A model generated the notes under the pieces. That model searched no databases. It had not been told where the DNA came from and saw only the letters and a list, made by a program, of their open reading frames with translations. From Meyerozyma guilliermondii (Eukaryota), in contig CP128815.1 of the NCBI GenBank assembly GCA_051546255.1, positions 806,001-870,000 of the forward strand: a stretch of 64,000 nt of DNA, given 5' to 3'. Both the position numbers and the translations under genes were made by a program. Of the stretch, positions 59,418 through 64,000 are shown piece after piece. Numbering within the stretch: position 1 is the stretch's first letter; each line of letters opens with the position of its first letter.

Positions 59418-62400
59418 TCAGTCAGATTCATCCTCCGTTTTCACAACAATTCTCTCTGGCTCAGCTATAGGTCTCGACGCTATTATTTCAACATCCTTGG
59501 AGAACTTTATTGCCTGACGAACTGGCAACACAGTCTCAATGGACTGTCGAGGCATATTAGGCTCAGGACCATGGGGAACTTCCTCTTTGATTTTATCCAA
59601 GGGAAGCCCCAATAGGTCAGCTAGAATAATAATAGCAGCAGGCTTTGACATTACCAACATGTTCTCTTTACAAAACGATGCCGTAACACACAGAGGACAG
59701 CCCCATTCGCACTCGCATTCTTTAATCCGCTTGTAAGTTGTGAAGATGATTTCGTCAATATGTTCGAAGGTTTTGGCAGATACTCCTGTTCCTCTCTCAC
59801 CACCTCTCGCATCGTGAAATACCAAGCGAGCGGGTCGCTTTCTAGAGGTTTCTCTCCTAGCAAATTCTTTTTCAGGAGCCTTGCATTCGGTTCGAAGCTC
59901 AGCCTCTCCGACGTTGGAAAGAAATCTTGCATTTGGATTGGTGGTGGCTCCACCACTTATAAATAGTGGTAAGATATTCATGATAGCATGCTGCGCTGCA
60001 TGGACACCACCAGCTGGGGACAACTTCAAATCTTGAATAAGAAGAAGAGCTTTCTCTGGTATATCTATCCAGAAACCCTTTGATTTCAAAAAGACTGGAG
60101 GATTGGCCACATCAACTGCCTCCAATATTTCTGCTTTCCTGTTGAGCTTGAAGTATCCGAAGACCTTGATCGTGGTTAGTATTTTTCCGTAAAAGACGGG
60201 AATATCATTGATGAAATTCAAGGGTGACCGAAGACATTTAACTACCTCAATTTCAATTGGATCAACATCAGAATAGTCACGTTGAGAGGTGGTCCAATCA
60301 ACTTCAACTCTCTGTACCTTTGAATACTTTTCTTCTGTGTTGAATTCTTTTACCAAATACGAAACTCCCTGATGTAGAAAGATTCCTCCCTCATATAATG
60401 TAAAGCTTGTTCTCAGTTCTTCGACCTCCTCAATTACCACATTTCTACCGTCAGTTATATCGACAACCGCATAGACATTGTCGTCTACATGACGAATTGA
60501 ACAATGGTCAACGGGCCACGGAAGATAGGTGGGATTTGTTCGATACCTTCCAAGGTTGTCTGTGACTAATTTTGTACGACACAATTCAACGTACTGATTT
60601 TGTTGTTTTGCTGAATCATTGAATGTAAACCATTTCATATCGTGCTCAAGGTCTATTGGCCATTCGAAAGCAGCACACTGCAAATGCAGTTCCAAAATGA
60701 GTTGTGCCTGTCCAATCTCAATCAACCCTTCAACACACAAATCTTCGTACTCAGATTTATCACATAGTTCCATGTAATTCTTGAGATAGTATTGGTCAAC
60801 TGGAGAGCTTCCTGAAACATAGATAGCCAAGCTTCCATTGGAATCTCGTCCCCTACCAGCTCTACCAAACTGTTGGTGCAAATTCAGCTTGGATCCACTA
60901 AAACCACAAGCGATCACAATGTCCAAATCAGCAAGATCAATTCCTAGTTCCAAGGCATTGGTGGCTACTATTGCCCGGAGTTGACCTGAAAACATCTTTT
61001 GCTCAATTAAACGACGATCTGATTTGGAATACCCACCACGATAGGACATGATATCAGAACTCTGAACATTGGGCCACTTCTGTTGCAGAAGAAGGCTTCG
61101 AACTTCCTTCATAATCAATTCACAAACTGCACGAATAGGACAAAATAAAATCACCTTGATGGTAGGAAGCTTTGACAACAAGTGTAGCAATAAGCGGGCC
61201 AGTTCTTCCACCAGTGATACTCGTGGTATAAATTTGTTGGTGATAGAAACCTCGCTTGATGACTGTAGTTGGGACTGAGTCTGACCTCTTTTATTCATCA
61301 AAGGAGGTGGATTCCACACAACTAGTTTCTTCTCAGAGCAAGGACTTCCATCTTGATGAATATGCATAACGTGCTCAGAGCTGTGAATACCACAGATGGC
61401 TCTGAAGTGAGAAGGTGGATTCAGAACTGTCGCTGAACAAGAAACAAATATAATATCTTTTGATAAATGTTCTGTAATTTTTGCATGTATTCGTTGCAAC
61501 CGACTCATCACGTACCTAATGTTCACACCAAAAGTTCCCTTGTACACATGTAGTTCATCAACGACAACAAATTTCAAGTTTGATAAAAAATCTTTCCACC
61601 CATCTGAAGAGTCCAGATAAGAGTAGCCACTATGGTTCGGTAGTATTGAAGCATGAATTGTATCTGGGTTAGTAAATATGATATCAGCGAATCTTCTTAT
61701 TCTAGATCGAGATTCTGCCGGAGTATCTCCATCGTATGCGTCTATGATTATTTGACGTTTACTATTGCTTGGTAAGGCACTTATCAAGTTTTGAAGATGG
61801 CGCAATTGATCTTGGGCAAGAGCCTTTGTGGGAAAAATGAAAAATGCTGTGCTTCGTCTCTTGTTAGCTTTTGAATTTTCTTCCAAGTCCCACAAAATTT
61901 CATTAACGATTGGAATCTGATAAATGAGAGATTTGCCGGAGCTAGTGGAAGTGCTGACAATCGTATGGTTTTTGTGTGCAAGAATGGACTTGAGTGCTTC
62001 GGACTGATGACTGTATAGATCCTTTTCAACGTCAATATTCTTCACTGTCTTGAGAGCAAAGACTAATTCAGGATGCAATTCTATTGATTTGTCCAAAGGA
62101 AGAGTGGTGGCCGGACGAGAAGCAGTTAAGGTTTCTATAGCTTCCACCTGGTTCTTGTAGAAGTCAGCCAGCTTAAGTGCTGACACCATGGTCTTTATCA
62201 GAGGACGACTGGACTGATCCGCTAGTATTACCTGCTTCAGTTCGAGCTCTTCAACAGGATCATGGAGTTGTGGGGGAATGGGTATCAAATCAGTGCATTG
62301 ACTCTCCAAATCTTCGTAGGCTTTGTCTGTGTATGGTTTCAAGTGTCTGATAAATTTGGAGTTCCTAGAAGTAATTATTTTAAGCAATTGATCACTCAGT

Positions 62401-62882
62401 AGATTTTGTAACGACAAGTCTGCCGTGGATAAGAAAAATCCAGTTTCAGGTTTATCCTTTTCAACTTTTCTGCGTTTTATCTTGGCACCCTTTACTTTCG
62501 AACCAATGCCGTGGAATTTAGTATCTCGAAAATCAAATATGAGCAATTGTTTCGAGACAGTTTCGGGCTCGTATGTAGATTCACTGACTTTTGTCAGTTT
62601 GTATCCATGGCTCCAGCTATACTCCACTTTTTCAGCAAATGACAAAAGCACCTGATTTTCATCGACATAGCGGTACGCAACGTCTCCCTGTGGTAGAATA
62701 TGAGTAATCACAGCCAAATCAAGTTGGGTTATATTGGGAAGAAACTTTTGGATTGTTTCGAAAGTAGGGATTGTAGTACGGGAATGCGATGCTAGAAATG
62801 TCAAGTGGGTATTGAGGACCTTGAAGAGTCCATAGAGACGCTTGAAGCCACCTGAGAGCTCGTTTTCATCATTATCATTCAT
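59418..62882 (-). CDS. HRQ1: RecQ4-like DNA helicase with C-terminal Zn-binding DUF1998
   Basis: TSTSSGKS, PTKALAQDQ, DELH, SAT, ATNALELGID, QQFGRAGR, CECEWGCPLC. Confidence 0.92.
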   Translation of the reverse strand: MNDNDENELSGGFKRLYGLFKVLNTHLTFLASHSRTTIPTFETIQKFLPNITQLDLAVITHILPQGDVAYRYVDENQVLLSFAEKVEYSWSHGYKLTKVSESTYEPETVSKQLLIFDFRDTKFHGIGSKVKGAKIKRRKVEKDKPETGFFLSTADLSLQNLLSDQLLKIITSRNSKFIRHLKPYTDKAYEDLESQCTDLIPIPPQLHDPVEELELKQVILADQSSRPLIKTMVSALKLADFYKNQVEAIETLTASRPATTLPLDKSIELHPELVFALKTVKNIDVEKDLYSHQSEALKSILAHKNHTIVSTSTSSGKSLIYQIPIVNEILWDLEENSKANKRRSTAFFIFPTKALAQDQLRHLQNLISALPSNSKRQIIIDAYDGDTPAESRSRIRRFADIIFTNPDTIHASILPNHSGYSYLDSSDGWKDFLSNLKFVVVDELHVYKGTFGVNIRYVMSRLQRIHAKITEHLSKDIIFVSCSATVLNPPSHFRAICGIHSSEHVMHIHQDGSPCSEKKLVVWNPPPLMNKRGQTQSQLQSSSEVSITNKFIPRVSLVEELARLLLHLLSKLPTIKVILFCPIRAVCELIMKEVRSLLLQQKWPNVQSSDIMSYRGGYSKSDRRLIEQKMFSGQLRAIVATNALELGIDLADLDIVIACGFSGSKLNLHQQFGRAGRGRDSNGSLAIYVSGSSPVDQYYLKNYMELCDKSEYEDLCVEGLIEIGQAQLILELHLQCAAFEWPIDLEHDMKWFTFNDSAKQQNQYVELCRTKLVTDNLGRYRTNPTYLPWPVDHCSIRHVDDNVYAVVDITDGRNVVIEEVEELRTSFTLYEGGIFLHQGVSYLVKEFNTEEKYSKVQRVEVDWTTSQRDYSDVDPIEIEVVKCLRSPLNFINDIPVFYGKILTTIKVFGYFKLNRKAEILEAVDVANPPVFLKSKGFWIDIPEKALLLIQDLKLSPAGGVHAAQHAIMNILPLFISGGATTNPNARFLSNVGEAELRTECKAPEKEFARRETSRKRPARLVFHDARGGERGTGVSAKTFEHIDEIIFTTYKRIKECECEWGCPLCVTASFCKENMLVMSKPAAIIILADLLGLPLDKIKEEVPHGPEPNMPRQSIETVLPVRQAIKFSKDVEIIASRPIAEPERIVVKTEDESD

Positions 62883-63085
62883 GTAGCTCCGATAAGATCA
62901 GTGCTCATCTTTTGGAAACTGTCGCGTTTTCGCGACATAAAAACGACACCGTGCCGCAGCCAAAGGTTGCTGCTTCTGACGCAGGAACAAATTGAGTTTA
63001 TTTGCTGCTTTTAACGCACGAGTAATTGAATTTATTATAAGTCACCTGTCGAGACTTCTCATTTTATCAGATTGAAACCGTTAAA

Positions 63086-64000
63086 ATGTTTGATAAACTC
63101 AAGTTAAAGTCAAAAGGCTCTTCAATTACTGCCGCAGATCCTGTGGTTAAAGCCGGAGCCGAACCCACCAAGAAGCTGATCTACCAATCACGTAGAAACT
63201 TTGGAGTCAACATTGGTGCTTGTTTTGTACTTGAAAAGTGGATTTTCCATGAACTATTCCCAGAAGGAACAGATTGCGAGTTAGATGCTGTCACAAAGGT
63301 TGTTAAAGATAAGGGTAAAGACGGTGCTCGTGAGGCATTCGAGAACCATTGGATCGACTTTATGAATGATGACGACTGGAAATGGCTTCAGGAGCACAAG
63401 GTCACATCAATCAGAGTTCCATTGGGATACTGGGAAGTTGATGGTGGCAAGTTTACCAATGGCACAAGGTTTAGTAAAGTGAAAGATGTCTACCAGAATG
63501 CATGGAAAATCTTCAAGGAGAAATTCGTCGAGCCAGCTGGTAGCCACGGCATTTCTGTGCTAGTTGATATCCACGGTCTTCCCAATGGAGCCAATGGAAA
63601 TGACCATAGTGGGGAGAAATCGGGTGGAGAGGCTGGATTTTGGAATAGCCAAGACATGCAATTGTTGGTATGCGATATGCTTCGCTTCATTGCCAAAGAC
63701 TTGAAGAAGTATGACAACATATGTGGCATACAAATAGTCAATGAGTCGGAATTTGCTAACAATCCTAAACGGCAAGAACGTTACTATGCTGCCGCAATTA
63801 ATCTGATTAGAGAACACGACAAAGATATCCCCGTTGTTATCTCTGACGGATGGTGGCCCGACCAGTGGGCAAAGTGGGTCCAGAGTAATCAAGGTGAGGG
63901 CCAGTCTTTGGGAGTCGTTATTGACCATCATTGTTATAGATGTTTTTCTGACGACGACAAGAAGAAATCTCCCAGACAAATCACCGAGGATTTGGATAAA
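63086..64000 (+). CDS. Glycoside hydrolase family 5 (YBR056W-like, probably cytosolic), 3'-partial
   Basis: Not in the ORF track because it has no stop in the window. Reads MFDKLKLK...GVNIGACFVLEKWI...SIRVPLGYW...DIHGLPNGANG..HSG...IQIVNES (acid/base Glu)...VIDHHCY. Confidence 0.85.
   Translation, partial: MFDKLKLKSKGSSITAADPVVKAGAEPTKKLIYQSRRNFGVNIGACFVLEKWIFHELFPEGTDCELDAVTKVVKDKGKDGAREAFENHWIDFMNDDDWKWLQEHKVTSIRVPLGYWEVDGGKFTNGTRFSKVKDVYQNAWKIFKEKFVEPAGSHGISVLVDIHGLPNGANGNDHSGEKSGGEAGFWNSQDMQLLVCDMLRFIAKDLKKYDNICGIQIVNESEFANNPKRQERYYAAAINLIREHDKDIPVVISDGWWPDQWAKWVQSNQGEGQSLGVVIDHHCYRCFSDDDKKKSPRQITEDLDK

Overview
Gene-dense 64 kb segment of a budding-yeast nuclear chromosome. The host belongs to the CUG-Ser (Candida/Debaryomycetaceae) clade, because CTG codons fall at conserved Ser positions. 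The very compact spacing and sequence style suggest a Meyerozyma guilliermondii-like species, which is an inference. The window holds about 41 protein-coding genes (two cut by the window edges), two tRNA-Pro(AGG) genes and three short spliceosomal introns that the ORF track misses. I saw no transposon or CRISPR. Most genes are housekeeping: IRC20, RFA2, SNF12, HSH49, BCD1, ATP23, ARE2, BUD23, IMG1, EF-3, SOG2, CCS1, ARO7, SEY1, MEF2, SUI2, APL1, HRQ1. Accessory content: (1) an N-acetylglucosamine catabolic cluster (DAC1-NAG1-HXK1, next to SEY1/NAG6) whose two promoters share a repeated TGYAAC(C) element and an identical 10-mer; (2) a betaine-lipid synthase BTA1 with a Pho4-type site cluster; (3) an OLE2-type desaturase with a His-to-Gln change in its third metal box; (4) a divergent Mep ammonium permease; (5) a RhoGDI-like protein lacking the inhibitory N-terminal arm; (6) a 22-aa-repeat LRR protein with paired PAC motifs; (7) STK19-like and GSKIP-like genes. 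Gene identities come from motif recognition by eye; no database search was run. I cannot show a wholly new system. The best leads are the GlcNAc cis-element, the arm-less GDI and the altered OLE2 and Mep active sites.
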